DNA of 64,000 nucleotides from Gekko japonicus (lineage: Eukaryota): positions 4,075-68,074 of the forward strand of contig NW_015162031.1 of the NCBI RefSeq assembly GCF_001447785.1. Reading direction: 5' to 3'. A program made the translations under genes and the position numbers. The notes under the pieces were generated by a model that had not been told where the DNA came from, did not search any database, and saw only the letters and a program-made list of their open reading frames with translations. Numbering within the stretch: position 1 is the stretch's first letter; each line of letters opens with the position of its first letter. Shown here piece after piece: positions 49,301-60,896 of this stretch.

Positions 49301-50106
49301 TAACAAATATAAAAACAGGGGAAAATTGAACACTTTTGCAATTTTCCTTAATGGGTCTTTGTGTTATATCTGTTTTCTGCTAGTTTTCCAAATTTAATTA
49401 TAGTTTTTGCTCTTTCCTTTCTAGATCATTTGCTTCTCCCTTTCTTCTCTTAAGTAGAGTTTTTTTAAAAAACCAAATAGCATTAGGACTTTTCTTCATT
49501 TTCCTCTAAGGCATTTCAGTTTTTCTTGCTTTATTTAATCACTGTTGTCCTTTCATATGCTGAAATTTATATCCTTACAACAACGTCCGCTTAACTCTTA
49601 GATTTTTGCCAATGATGAAAGTTCATTGTGTGCAGGGTCTGAGGCCTTGGTTTTACTGTGTATTTACTGTTGTATTTCAAATATCTTCCCATAGATGAAA
49701 AAAATACACTGAGCTGGATCCAGACTGTTTTTCTGCTTGTGAAAAAGGGAGAAAGGAATCCCCTTTGACCTCCAAACAAGACTGAAACTGGAATCATGAA
49801 ACCTGCATGAAACAAAGACATGTGATAGGGGCTGTACTAAAGAAGGGAATTACACAAGATGTAGTAAAAAATTCTGGCTACATTGAAGCCATTACTATTC
49901 TACAAAGTCCCCCCCCCCAAAAAAAAAAAAAACTTTACATGAACAGGTTTAAAATTGTCACTAAGCATTTTTGGTGATAATCCATGGGGGGAAAGCAGGG
50001 AATTGTTCTCTTTGCAAACTATTGCAAAACCTAAAATTGCTTTCTGCATCCTCTTTGACTTATTTTGAAAAGGTGTGCATTACTGGCCTGTTGGATATGG
50101 TAGTCA

Positions 50107-50754
50107 TGTCATGAATCTGATGACCCCAGGGGGTCTTCACCGTCCGCTGCCACCACTCTGGATTTATGGTCCCTTGGGAAGACCCAGGATACCTTCCAAA
50201 GCCCCTTTTACAGCTGAGAAACACAGGTGTGATTGACTCAGGCAGAGAAAAAAATTAAACAGAAAGGGTTTATTAAGGACAATACTGGGGCAAGGAAAGC
50301 CAGACAAGACAAGGTGCTTTTAAAAGTGTATAACAGTGTGGAAAAGTCAAAATGAACATAATCTAATGCAGCTACCTGTTCCTACTTCCAGGCCCACAGC
50401 CTGTCTAACACTCACTCTGTTCCCCAGTGAAGGATCGTTTCCTCTCAGACCAGCCTTTCCCCCTCAGTAACTCCGTGAGAGGGGTAACCGCAGAGAGCCA
50501 GCAAGAATCATCTCCTCGCAATAGACACGGTTTATCACAGTCCCTTCAGCTTAGATCTGCGAGAGGGAAGACCACCATTTTCCCCAGCTAACAGCTAAGA
50601 CAGACTCTCCTCACAGAATCTCCCTCTCTGATTGGCTAGAACCCACTGCTAAGCCTTATGGGAACTGTAGGCTGCCTGCTTTCACTGCCATGCAGGTCTC
50701 TCCTGGGACCAAGCCATACCATGCCCTGCTCCCAGTCCTGCATAGATCATGACA
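50107..50754 (-). mobile_element. Probable solo LTR (Gypsy-like)
   Basis: Terminal inverted TGTCATGA/TCATGACA, minus-strand AATAAA at about 50270 and CCAAT at about 50631. No TSD recognisable. Confidence 0.5.
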
Positions 50755-50810
50755 GATGTCTTTTCAATAGAAGGTGTTTAAGAAATTTAGAGGCATGAAT
50801 CTCATTTTAG

Positions 50811-51097
50811 TGCAACACAGAAGAACTACTGGCATGTTCTTGCCTTGACATTCGCTGTGACGGAGGTCAATGTCAACTCCAAGATCTTACCCAGTACCAG
50901 CCTTGGGGTTCATAACTATGACAGCTTCTTCAGTGAAAATTTGACTCACCAGAACATCTTGAACTTCCCCTGCACCTTGAAAAGATCATCCCTAACTACT
51001 GCTGTATCAGAGGAATTTAATGGCTGCCATTGGGGGACTTGATTCTAAAATCTCCCTCCATGTAGCCAACATGTTCAGCATATCTAAAATCCCACAG
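50811..51097 (+). pseudogene. Vomeronasal type-2 receptor (V2R) pseudo-exon (exon-2 equivalent)
   Basis: KNYWHVLALTFAVTEVNVNSKILPSTSLGVHNYDS...IPNYCC...LMAAIGGLDSKISLHVANMFSISKIPQ with frameshifts, bounded by ttttAG (50810) and GTAGG (51098). Confidence 0.85.
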
Positions 51098-52059
51098 GTA
51101 GGATGTATAGATTGCATGCAAATTTTTCACACTCTTGGTTTTTCCTTAAATACTAACCATATATTCTAGATGATTTTACGATTTAAGCTATTTAAACCCT
51201 CATTTTTGCTCCTTGCGTTATTTCCCAGAGAGCAGAAAGCAGGGCCATTTAAACCTCTGTTTTCTGCTCCCAGCAGATAACCTGCATGGAACAGAAACCA
51301 GCAGTGGTTTTCAATGGTTCTGAACCATTTAAACCCTGCTTTCTGCTCCCATTAAAAGTTGCTGGGAGCTGAAAGCATCTCTCTCTTTATATATAATTGA
51401 ATAAGACGCAGAGTCACGCAGCGGAGAGAAAATGCAAACCCACAGTGTTTCGACAGCTGAAATGTCCGTCAAAAGCTTCCCCAGCTACCATTGGCTATAT
51501 CCCCTAAGTCCCACCTCAGAACACTCCCCCCTGCCCAACTCACCAGGGCTGGATGGAATGGTGGCGGCAGCTCATCACTATTCGCCAAGGCCAGATCCCC
51601 CCTTTATCGCACACCTGTCATTTGTCAGCTGGATTTAGTCATCATCGAAGAAATCTGAAGTAGTAATAAGTGTGGATTTTTCTCTTGTGACTTTGATCTT
51701 ATTTAATGTAATCAGACACAGATGTTGTATTAGTTATCAAGTTATGCTTGTTTATTTTGCTTAGACAATTATTAAGACGGAGGGGTTATGTAGAATAAGT
51801 TTTAACATATATGTAACTAGAGATAAAGAGATACATTACCTGTAATAAATATGTAATATCAAAGAAGTGGGAAAGGGGGTGATCTAAGAGGGAATTGGAA
51901 GTTTGAGCACTGTGGGAAGTCAGAATGGGGGGTATATAGAAGTAAAAAAAGGATATGAGACAATGTGTTGCATGAATTATAGGTTTACTTATTGTGATAT
52001 CCTAATAAAGAGTTTTTTTAAAAAAGTTATGCTTGTTACAAAAACAGAAAAAAATATAG

Positions 52060-52150
52060 CAAAGGGAAAAAGGTGTCAGCCTCAGATCGCAATTAAGTGA
52101 GCTGAACTCTTGGGAGTAAATTGTCAGGTGCAGAATATAAATGGATCTCT
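52060..52150 (+). promoter_or_regulatory. Putative OR promoter
   Basis: CAATTA at 52090-52095, O/E-like ctcttgggag at 52107-52116 and TATAAA at 52136-52141. Conserved with 58840-58925. Confidence 0.55.
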
Positions 52151-52763
52151 TTCTCATTTACACAGCCATTTTTCTTTGGGCCAGACAGGAATTAGGCATG
52201 TACATTGTAGCAAGTCCCACAACTTGATTTATGGAATTACATTGTTGAAAGGATGTATGCATTTTAGAAGCTGGCGAAGAAATCGAAGCTGACATTATCA
52301 AGGTTCTTATACATTTTCCCATTGTACCATGTACCATTGCTGATGTTTTTTCCTCTGTATCAAATCTTCCAGAGCTGTCTTCTAACCTGAGTTTTGTGTT
52401 TATAATTCATACTACTCATCTATTTGGCCATATGAGCATACGGAATGAAGACTCAATATTTGCTAACTCAGCTACAACCTCAGCAGAAATTGACACAGGA
52501 GATCTCAGGAAGAAAAGAAGAGGAAGTACTTGGAATATTGCTTCCTCCATGGTATTCAATAATTTATAATACTGGACAATCAATAAGTATGTATGTTTGT
52601 ACAGAATTATTGTAGAAAAGATAAAGTTATTCCTTCCCATCATCTATATCCTTTTACTTTACTATTTCAAACCGTTGCATTGAGCAAATACCCTGGTTAA
52701 AAATAAAAGTTGCAGCAGAACCTTTAAGTATAGGATAACAGTGTGGATTATGGCTCAGGAAAG

Positions 52764-53041
52764 CAGCTTGGTGGAAAGAGTATTGCTTCTACATGAAGCT
52801 ACCCCATGTTCTCTTTGCCAGCTGTGCAGACTACGTATCCGAAACTATATCGGAAGATCCAGATTAAACCTTGTGCCACAACTCCAGTTGCCAACCATAT
52901 TGAAAGACTTCTTGCAGTATAGGTAAAGTAGCAAGTTGTTTTGAAAGACTTGATAAACAAGTGTTGTATTGTATGTTGCACATAAAAATCTGTTGGGATG
53001 AGGAAGATATCATAAATAGACTTTTACATACAAAAAAATAA
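52764..53041 (+). pseudogene. ASB5: 5'-truncated processed pseudogene of ankyrin repeat and SOCS box protein 5
   Basis: VERVLLLHEATPCSLCQLCRLRIRNYIGRSRLNLVPQLQLPTILKDFLQYR* matches the ASB5 C-terminal SOCS box as recalled. It is followed by a short 3'UTR, an A-rich tail and a 14-bp TSD ATGGCTCAGGAAAG (52750-52763, 53042-53055). Confidence 0.85.
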
Positions 53042-53460
53042 ATGGCTCAGGAAAGTATCCACTGCCCTATTTTCCGTGAACAGATAATTTTGTATGCACA
53101 ATGTCAATGCATGCACAACCTGCAGACACATAGAGTCACTTTGTGAAGTTTGATATAGTTCCAGATCAAATAGCCAGAATCAATAAGCATGGAACTTGTA
53201 CAAGCGTAGGTCACTGCCATTTAACATGAGGAAGTTGTGTTTGATCACTGCAGGTGAGAGACCTTGATCCCTGGCTATTTTGTCCCTGATGAAAAATTTC
53301 CCATTTTTCCCCACATTCAATTCAATGCAGGGCAGTCTCTTGGCAGTGTCTGAGATGGTGAAAAAAGAAAGCCAATCTAATTGTTATTTGGCATTACTAG
53401 AATAAAATGGTTTCTCTAATATGTCCCACAGACCAACAGCACCTGGATTTTGAGGACATA

Positions 53461-54420
53461 ATGTCCAACCTTACCTCCACACCTGAATTTCTGCTCCTGG
53501 AATTTTCAGACATCCGAGAACTACAGATCTTACATTTCTTTGTGTTCTTAGCAGTATATGTGACTGCAGTGAGTGGCAATCTACTCATCGTCATTGCTGT
53601 AGCCCTTGATCATCACCTGCACACCCCCATGTACTTTTTTCTCATGAACCTGGCACTTCTGGATCTTGGCTTGGTTTCTGTCATGGTACCCAAAGCTATG
53701 GCCAATTCCCTCCTGAACACCAGGTCCATTTCTTATTCTGCATGTGTAGCTCAGGTTTTCTTCCTCTTCTTCCTTGAAGGGTCAGATTTTGCTCTCTTAA
53801 CAATAATGGCACATGATCGGTATGTTGCTATCTGCCATCCATTGCAATATGGGACAATTATGCACAGAGGAGCCTGCATTCAGATGGTAGCCAGTGCATG
53901 GATTGCAGGTATATTCTTTGGTATCTTACACAGTGGAGGAACTTTTGCCATCACCTTCTGCTCCAACGTGATCAATCAGTTCTTCTGTGAAGTTCCACAG
54001 ATTCTAAAACTCTCCTGTTCTGACATGTATCTTGTCGAAGTTGGAATTATTATGTTTGGCTGTTTCCTTGTACTAGGATGCTGTATCTTCATCATTGTCT
54101 CCTACATGAAGATTTTTACAGCAGTGCTCAGAATCCCTTCCATTCATGGTCAGAAAAAGGCCCTCTCCACTTGCCTTCCCCACCTCACTGTGGTGTCTTT
54201 GCTTGTATTTACTGGCACCTTCGCCTATGTGAGGCCTCGCCGTCACACTTCATCTGACCAGAATGTTCTTTTTGCAATAATTTATGCTGTTCTCCCTCCC
54301 TTGCTCAATCCATTTATCTACAGCATGAGAAACAAAGAAATCAAGACTGCATTGTTGAAGCTCTCTGATTTGGGGCACTTTCCAAAACTAATTCCAAGCA
54401 AAGCTTTTCTACGAAAGTGA
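53461..54420 (+). CDS. Olfactory receptor, family 14-like (intact, 319 aa from MSNLTS)
   Basis: LHTPMYFFL, MAHDRYVAICHPLQY, FFCEVP, KALSTCLPHL and PLLNPFIYSMRN. Acceptor tgtcccacAG at 53430 suggests ATG 53407 is intronic. Confidence 0.95.
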   Translation: MSNLTSTPEFLLLEFSDIRELQILHFFVFLAVYVTAVSGNLLIVIAVALDHHLHTPMYFFLMNLALLDLGLVSVMVPKAMANSLLNTRSISYSACVAQVFFLFFLEGSDFALLTIMAHDRYVAICHPLQYGTIMHRGACIQMVASAWIAGIFFGILHSGGTFAITFCSNVINQFFCEVPQILKLSCSDMYLVEVGIIMFGCFLVLGCCIFIIVSYMKIFTAVLRIPSIHGQKKALSTCLPHLTVVSLLVFTGTFAYVRPRRHTSSDQNVLFAIIYAVLPPLLNPFIYSMRNKEIKTALLKLSDLGHFPKLIPSKAFLRK

Positions 54421-55540
54421 TTGTGCAGAATATTTTTTAAACCTCAGATATAATATACTGGAAATATTATGTTGACTTTTTAAATATCACTCCAGAAGGT
54501 GCTGAGGTGAGAGCCAGTTCCATGTTTTGATGGGCCTTGAGTGAAGAGTGCTCAAGGGCCCCCCTCTCCTCCTATGTCCATCACCATGTCCTCTGACCCC
54601 CCTCCAACATACCCCCACCTGCCTGTGCACCCTTTGCCTACCTGCTCTGAACCACTCCCACAGCCACCAGCATGCCCTTTCCACAGTGCCACTTTGAGGT
54701 GTGTGCGGCCTGGAGTGACGTTGTCTGCAAACACTTTCCTGGGAATAGTGGGCAGCCCAGGCAGCTGAGAGCATCAAAGCACTAGCAATCAGGCAGGCAG
54801 GTAGGCAGGCAAAGGAAGGGCACTTAGGTAGGTGGAAGAGGAGGTGTGTGGACAGAGTCTTGTAGCAGTGAGCCCTGTCAGAAGCCCAAGGCCCTTGCAG
54901 ATGCCCCACCACTGACGCCAACACAGATATAAGTACAAATGTTGGGTTTCCCCCTCTCCCCTGTGAGAGTTGAAAATGTTGGGGCTTTCATATAGAACTG
55001 AATGCATCCCAAACAGGTAACTTCAGTCAGGACTTCCAGAATAATCTCTCCTGCCTATGGTGCCATTGGGGCATCTGCTTCTCTTAGACGACTTCTTCTG
55101 CTGAAAAAAAGAAGTCATAGGTCCAACCTAATTATTCCCTTTATGACCCAAATTGTTATCTTACCCTTCTAGCATATTTAAAATTGTTAGTCCATATTTC
55201 CTTTGGTATGCTATTTTGCAGTTTTCTGAGGCAGCAAAGAACAGGACACAGTATATGTATTGGGAAAAATCAGAAATCCTTTTGCAGTTTTTTGGAGCAA
55301 ATGAAATTGTGTCCATCTGAGTTCCAGTCCCTACTCTTCCTTAAAGCACACTGGATGACTTTGGGCCAGTCACTCTCTCATGTCTTATCCTACCTCACAT
55401 GGCTGTTCAGGGAATAAAATGAAGAAGGGGAAAACAATGTATGCAACCTGAGCTTCCTGGAGCAAGGGCGAAACAGAAATGTACTAAGCACAATTTAACA
55501 ATGCTTTACTATTACTGGTAAAATAAAGATTTTCTAAGAC

Positions 55541-57850
55541 TGTGGGAACAGTGAAAATATCTGTGTGGCAAGCCCGGATAATTCACTGTTCTCCTGGCTG
55601 GGAATTGGGAACCCAAGTATGTGTGTGTGCTGATTGCACGAGTTAGCATCTGGTGACTTCCTAAGCAGATGAAGTCATTTGGCAGAGAGCCCAGGAAGAT
55701 AAGGAAAGTGCGATGTTGGTATAACAAAATTCCTGAATGTGGTAGCTCACGTTAATGACTATGTAATTGTTGATGTAAAGGAGGGGGAATGAGTGAACAA
55801 TTCTTAATAAATACGCTTGAAGCGAGACAGCTTGAGTCAGCTTTCTACAGACCTGTGTCCTGTCTTCTTTGAACACCAGCAACCTTCAAGTGGTGCCTGA
55901 ACGTGGGGCACCACTACAAGAAAGAATTCTTCTCACCAACACCTGGCATAGGCCCCTGAAGTACTTCATTGTCGTGTTTTACGACTCCATCATTGGTGAG
56001 ATATGGGTGTTAAATTAGCACTACCCCAGCAGACACATTTAAAGGAACTACAAATCATTGCCCAGAAGGCTGGCTGGCCAGTGTCTTCTGAGACCCTTAG
56101 TCAATTGCTTTTGGAAATTCAGAGACAATGTCCTTGGTACCCTGTGCAGGGGTCCTTGAAGCTTAGGGATTGGGATAAAATTGGAAAGATTTTTCACACA
56201 GAGCCTCGAGCTCCTGTAGAAGTGTTAAATTCCTGGTTTCTGTGCAGGTTTGCAGTAGAAGCAATAGCACCTGTTATTTCTATGGCTTCGCTTACATGCA
56301 ATGCAGAGGGCCCCCCTGCGTATTCCCAGGGGGCTCTATTGGTTTTACCTAAACCTCCATCGGCTCTGGCACTTTATCCCCCCCCTGCCTTCAGCTCTGC
56401 CTTCAGCTCCAAATTTGCCTTCAGCACCAACACTAGCATACCCGCTCCCCACTCCACAGAGTCTGTCACTAACAGACCTGTCTGATAAGCAGGAGAATTA
56501 TCTTCCCACTCCTCCACACCCCACTCCGAGAAGTGTTCTTATGGATCACTTAAAGAATCAGACCCCTTCCTTAGAGGAAATTAAAGAGAGCTCTGAAATA
56601 TTGTCTATGTACCCAGTGCATTTCACTGAAAATCAAAAAGCAACTGGTACTACAATTATTGAAAATAAACCCATTTCATACCCTATTGTAACAGAATTGT
56701 GCAAGGGAATTCAGGACATGGGCTTACAGAGTACCTATGTTCCAGGAATGTTAGAGGCTCTAATGAGGAATCACACTCTAGTTCCAGAACCACTGCAGAC
56801 TTTTTCAAGTATCAGACAAAAAGCCACTAAGCCCTACCTTGAGTTCATTAATAGACTACAGGAGGCTTTGAAGCGTCAAAATGATAATGAAGAGGCTCAA
56901 ATAGAAATCATGCATAAATTAGCTAGAGACAACGCAATGCAGGAATGTTGCCGTTTAACAACTGGACTGGGCAAAGAACCCTCTCTTTCTGATATGCTTA
57001 AAGCATGCCTGGAAGTGGGCAATCAATCAGGAAAATCTCCTGGCAACAGCTATACAACAAGGCAATAAGCCTCGAAGGTGCCTACTGGCTGTTTAGCAGT
57101 CCAAGAATAAGAGCCTGGACCAATTTTTATTGTGGAATGGTTTTTTTCACTCTCATAGTTCTCAACAAAAATATTCTCCCATATCTTGAGGCAACAGCTT
57201 GCCTCATTAGCATGGGTCGGCACCGTGCTCTTTCTCAAGGTGCCTGTGATCTCATTAATATTGTTCTACCCTTCCCACAGCATAAGATTCCACATCTGGA
57301 ATCCTCCCTGCCAATCCAGCTGGCTTGTGCTGATTATGTGGGTCGTCTCTCTTTCCATTTTCCTAAAGACTCCAGGTTTTCCTTTTTGCAGCCTGTTCCT
57401 CACTCTTTTCACTGCTTAAACTGCTCACAGCCTCTGTCAGCTGCCCACACATTTTTTCTGACGGGGGGAGGCAGCGTGACGCTATTGTATATCAACAAGC
57501 CGGGGTGTGGCAAACTCCTTATACTGCACCTCAAGCAACTCCGCAATTTTAGCTTTTCAGGTTTTTGTTAATTCAGTTTGATTGCTGACACTCAATATGT
57601 AGTCCGGTTGATTTCTAGTTTGCCTGGAGCTTATATTGCTCCTCGAGTTGATTTCCACCTCAGGGCACTTTTCCTTTTCATTCCACTAGACTGCCTTTTG
57701 TGATCAGTTGGTAACCCCTCAAGGGGTTGGCTGGCCAAGATTCATTTTCCACTTTTTCTTACGCTACAACAACTTTTGCAAGACCAAGCTTTCCTACAGT
57801 TCTGACATTCATTATTTGTTTGACCTCTTCTTGAGGCATCAATTTGTGGG
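55541..57850 (+). mobile_element. Degraded class II (betaretrovirus-like) endogenous retrovirus: 5' LTR, PBS, gag, partial pol
   Basis: LTR 55541-55888 (TG...CA, AATAAA). PBS tggtgcctgaacgtggggc at 55891-55909 resembles tRNA-Lys TGGCGCCCAACGTGGGGC. Matrix CPWYPVQGSLKLRDWDKIG; capsid MHR IRQKATKPYLEFINRL; RT-connection/RNase H pieces LACADYVGRLSFHFPKD, PLSAAHTFF and NLIADTQYVV. Confidence 0.9.
56003..57068 (+). pseudogene. gag: ERV gag (frameshifted, internal capsid deletion, no nucleocapsid)
   Basis: ORF 56003..56485 (MG start, beta-type matrix) and ORF 56301..57068 (capsid with MHR). Confidence 0.85.
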
Positions 57851-57889
57851 GAGATTATTTTAGGATCCCGTCACTGCAGACTGAGCAAT

Positions 57890-58390
57890 CTGCATACTAG
57901 TACCTTTCGGACCTTCTCCTCCAATATGTCCCCACAAGGATGCTGAGATCAGCTGATAACAGCTTGCTGGAGGTCCCCTGCCCTAGGGAGGTCTGGCTGT
58001 TCTCGACTAGGGCCTGGGTCTTTGGAATCCCGGCCCTGACCTTGTGGAACTCTCTGCCGAATGACATCAGGGCCCTGCAGGATCTGATGCAATTCAACAG
58101 AGCCTGTAAGGCAGAAATGTTCCACCAGGCTTTTAGTTGCGGGCAACGAAGGGAAGTTAAGACTGGCACCCTCTCTCTTTTTTATCTGTGGCCCCCACCA
58201 ACACTTCCCTGCCCTGCCATGTGGGACAGCGGTGTAGCCAGCAAGGAGGACTGCTCTATTGCCATCTTGATTGGTTTTAACTTTTTGTTTTACTGTACTT
58301 GTATTTTTAATCTCCATAATGTTGTAAATCGTTCAGAGCCTGTTCATGGTGTGTGTGTGTGTGTGATTCATAAGTTTATAATAAAATAAG
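57890..58390 (+). mobile_element. L2 LINE 3' end
   Basis: LRSADNSLLEVP...LWNSLPNDIRALQDLMQFNRACKAEMFHQAF and an A-rich tail. Similar to 45280-45460. Confidence 0.85.
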
Positions 58391-58839
58391 AATACATGAA
58401 TACTTGTTATGGCACTCTCAGGATTCAGCATCTTTTCTTATACTTTCATGCTGAGTACAGGGGAAGGGTGTTGATGGACACTTCTCTGTACAGACCTAAC
58501 ATATCAGTGAAGAAAAGCAAGGTGTGCTGAGAATTTCAAGGCAAGCTTGGAACCACTGTAATCTGCCTAGCCATTGGCAAAAACCTTGAGAGACTCAAAG
58601 AAGGTTCCTAAAAATCTTTTTAAAAAATGTACATCAATTAAAAACTTGAATAAACCTAAGCCTAACTCCAAACTTGTTGTGGAAGCTTTCTTTTGGGTGT
58701 GTGGTGGCAAAATGGAAGAACTCTAATAATGTCACAGACAGATTTTGCTTAGATGTATTTGGTCTTATGTCATACACAGTTATGCTGTGCTAATTATCTA
58801 TTTAGGTTAGTTCCAAAAAATAGGGGAAAAAAAATACAG

Positions 58840-58925
58840 CAGAGGGAAAAGACTTCAGCATCATTTGGCGGTTAAGTGAGGTGAACTCCTTTGGGAGCAA
58901 GTTGCGAAGAACAGAACATAAATTA
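58840..58925 (+). promoter_or_regulatory. Putative OR promoter (paralog of 52060-52150)
   Basis: ttaagtgag.tgaactc, O/E-like ctcctttgggag at 58886-58897 and CATAAA at 58917-58922. Confidence 0.5.
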
Positions 58926-59461
58926 AGCTCTGTCTTACAGAGCCTTTTTGATTAGGACTTGACAGAAATCCTAAGAGTACATTGTAGCAAGCCATCTAGT
59001 GTATGCATGAATTTAAACAGCTGAAGAAAAATGGAACCAGGCCTCTCATTTGTCACAGATCTTAATATTATTTATCCATTGGTCCACATCAACATCAAGA
59101 ATGAAGAAATAATACTTGATGATAGAACTTCACCAGAAATGGAGATAGGGAACCGAAGAGGAAATGGTCTGGAGAAGAAATAGGACTTCAAGGTATTCAG
59201 TAATCTTTGGTATTGGAAAAACAGAGGGTGTGTGTAGAATGATGGTAGCACAGTTTCAAAGGTACTCCTTCCAATCTACAATGTTTTAAGTTTTCCCAAA
59301 ATGTTTCATTAATCACAAAACATTTTTGGGGGAAATTAAAATTACATCAGAGTGTTAGAGGAATTGTTCCTGGAGTCATGGTACCAGACTTCCTACCGTA
59401 TATGCACTTGTAGACCTTTGCACTTGTACACTTTGGGACTGTAAGCCTATGGATACATGGA

Positions 59462-59580
59462 TTCAGATGGATAGCCGTGTTGGTCTGAAGCAATAAAACA
59501 AACTTTGAGTCCAGTTCCACATTTAAGACCAACAAAGTTTAATTCTGGATACAAGCTTTCATTGCATGCATACTTTGTCT
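59462..59580. mobile_element. Penelope-type pseudo-LTR fragment
   Basis: tagccgtgttggtctg...catttaagaccaacaaa...aagctttc is a typical reptile PLE terminal repeat. Confidence 0.55.
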
Positions 59581-60896
59581 TCCAGAAATGGAGAGAAGCA
59601 AAAGGCATTTAAAACATACACATCTATTTAGAATAAAAAGAAAAGTGGAGAGACAGGGCATATTCAAAACTTCATAGCTGGATACCAAAGTATACCCTAG
59701 GAATTGGCTGTTGTCTGTCTAATGGAGTAAAAGAGAGAATATAAAATATACTTTTCCTGTCAGGTTAGAAGGGATGGGGGTTATAAGGTATGAGATTATT
59801 TAATGATTGTGGGTGAGAGATGGTCTTTGGGGAAGACAGAATCTGCCCTTGGTTCTCCAGGATGCTGGAATCTGAATTGCTGTGCAAAAGAGTCCTTTTA
59901 ATATCATTGGGCCTAAGGACCACTGGAGTGGGAATCTGGAGCTGGGGGGGGGGGATCTAGTTTGGGTTAGAACTACCAGTGGCACACCTGAGAGACTTAT
60001 TAGATGTGGGCAACCAGACTGAGTTAAAATTAAGAAGGCAAATGTTGAGGGTGGTCAGTGGTGACATGATTCATGTCCTAGCACTCTGGATGACCCAGGA
60101 TACCTGCTTTCATTGGGGGTGAAATTGATCATTTGAAAGCTCTAAGAGGGGAATGCAGCATTCATAGAAATCAGCAAGGTAGAGTTAAAGTAATTCTCAG
60201 GCATCCAAGACAGACCCTTAATAATGGTGCCCCAAGACTTTCTAGGGCTGTGTTAGCGTATAATTTCCATGTACAGTATGGTTAATCTGAAACCATTACT
60301 GGAAAAAAGGAGGGGCCCTAGTAGCCAATTTCCCTTGCCTAGTCTGTCAGGAAAATAGGACTCCAAGGGAGGAGACTCCCAAGCAATCATCAACATGTTT
60401 GTGGGGGAGGTATTGTCTATGTAACATCAACCTTTACGTGTGGAACTAGATAAGGGATCAGGAAACTGTCCAATGTCCCTTCCTATGCATGCACAAGTTG
60501 GATATGAGTCCCTCTATGAAATCTGATACAGTTCCAGGTCACGTTTCAAGATTCTATAAGCATGGAAGTTGTAGAAGCTTAGTTCTGGACGAACTAACAC
60601 ATGGAGGGTGGGATTGGGGTCAGCCAGTGAAATGTTGATCACCCCTGCTGTTTGGCCATGTGGAAACTATTCAATACAGGGTTAGCTACCAGGTTGAGAT
60701 GGTCAAACAAGCAATCCTAAATAACCATTTGCTTATATTAGTTTATTAACAGTACAATCAGAAGAACACTTCCCTGAGAGAAAGTACAATTGAATAGACC
60801 AGAGTAGGATTCTGAGTGGACCTGCTGAGGATTGTTCTCTAAACATTTCCTCCACTCAGCCCTACAGGTAACATGCAATTGGATATTGAGAGCAAA

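Noticed and set aside
51380-51700. Possible Helitron 5' end (tc..tatatataat) next to the V2R exon
   Set aside because: No convincing 3' hairpin plus CTRR end found, so it cannot be supported.
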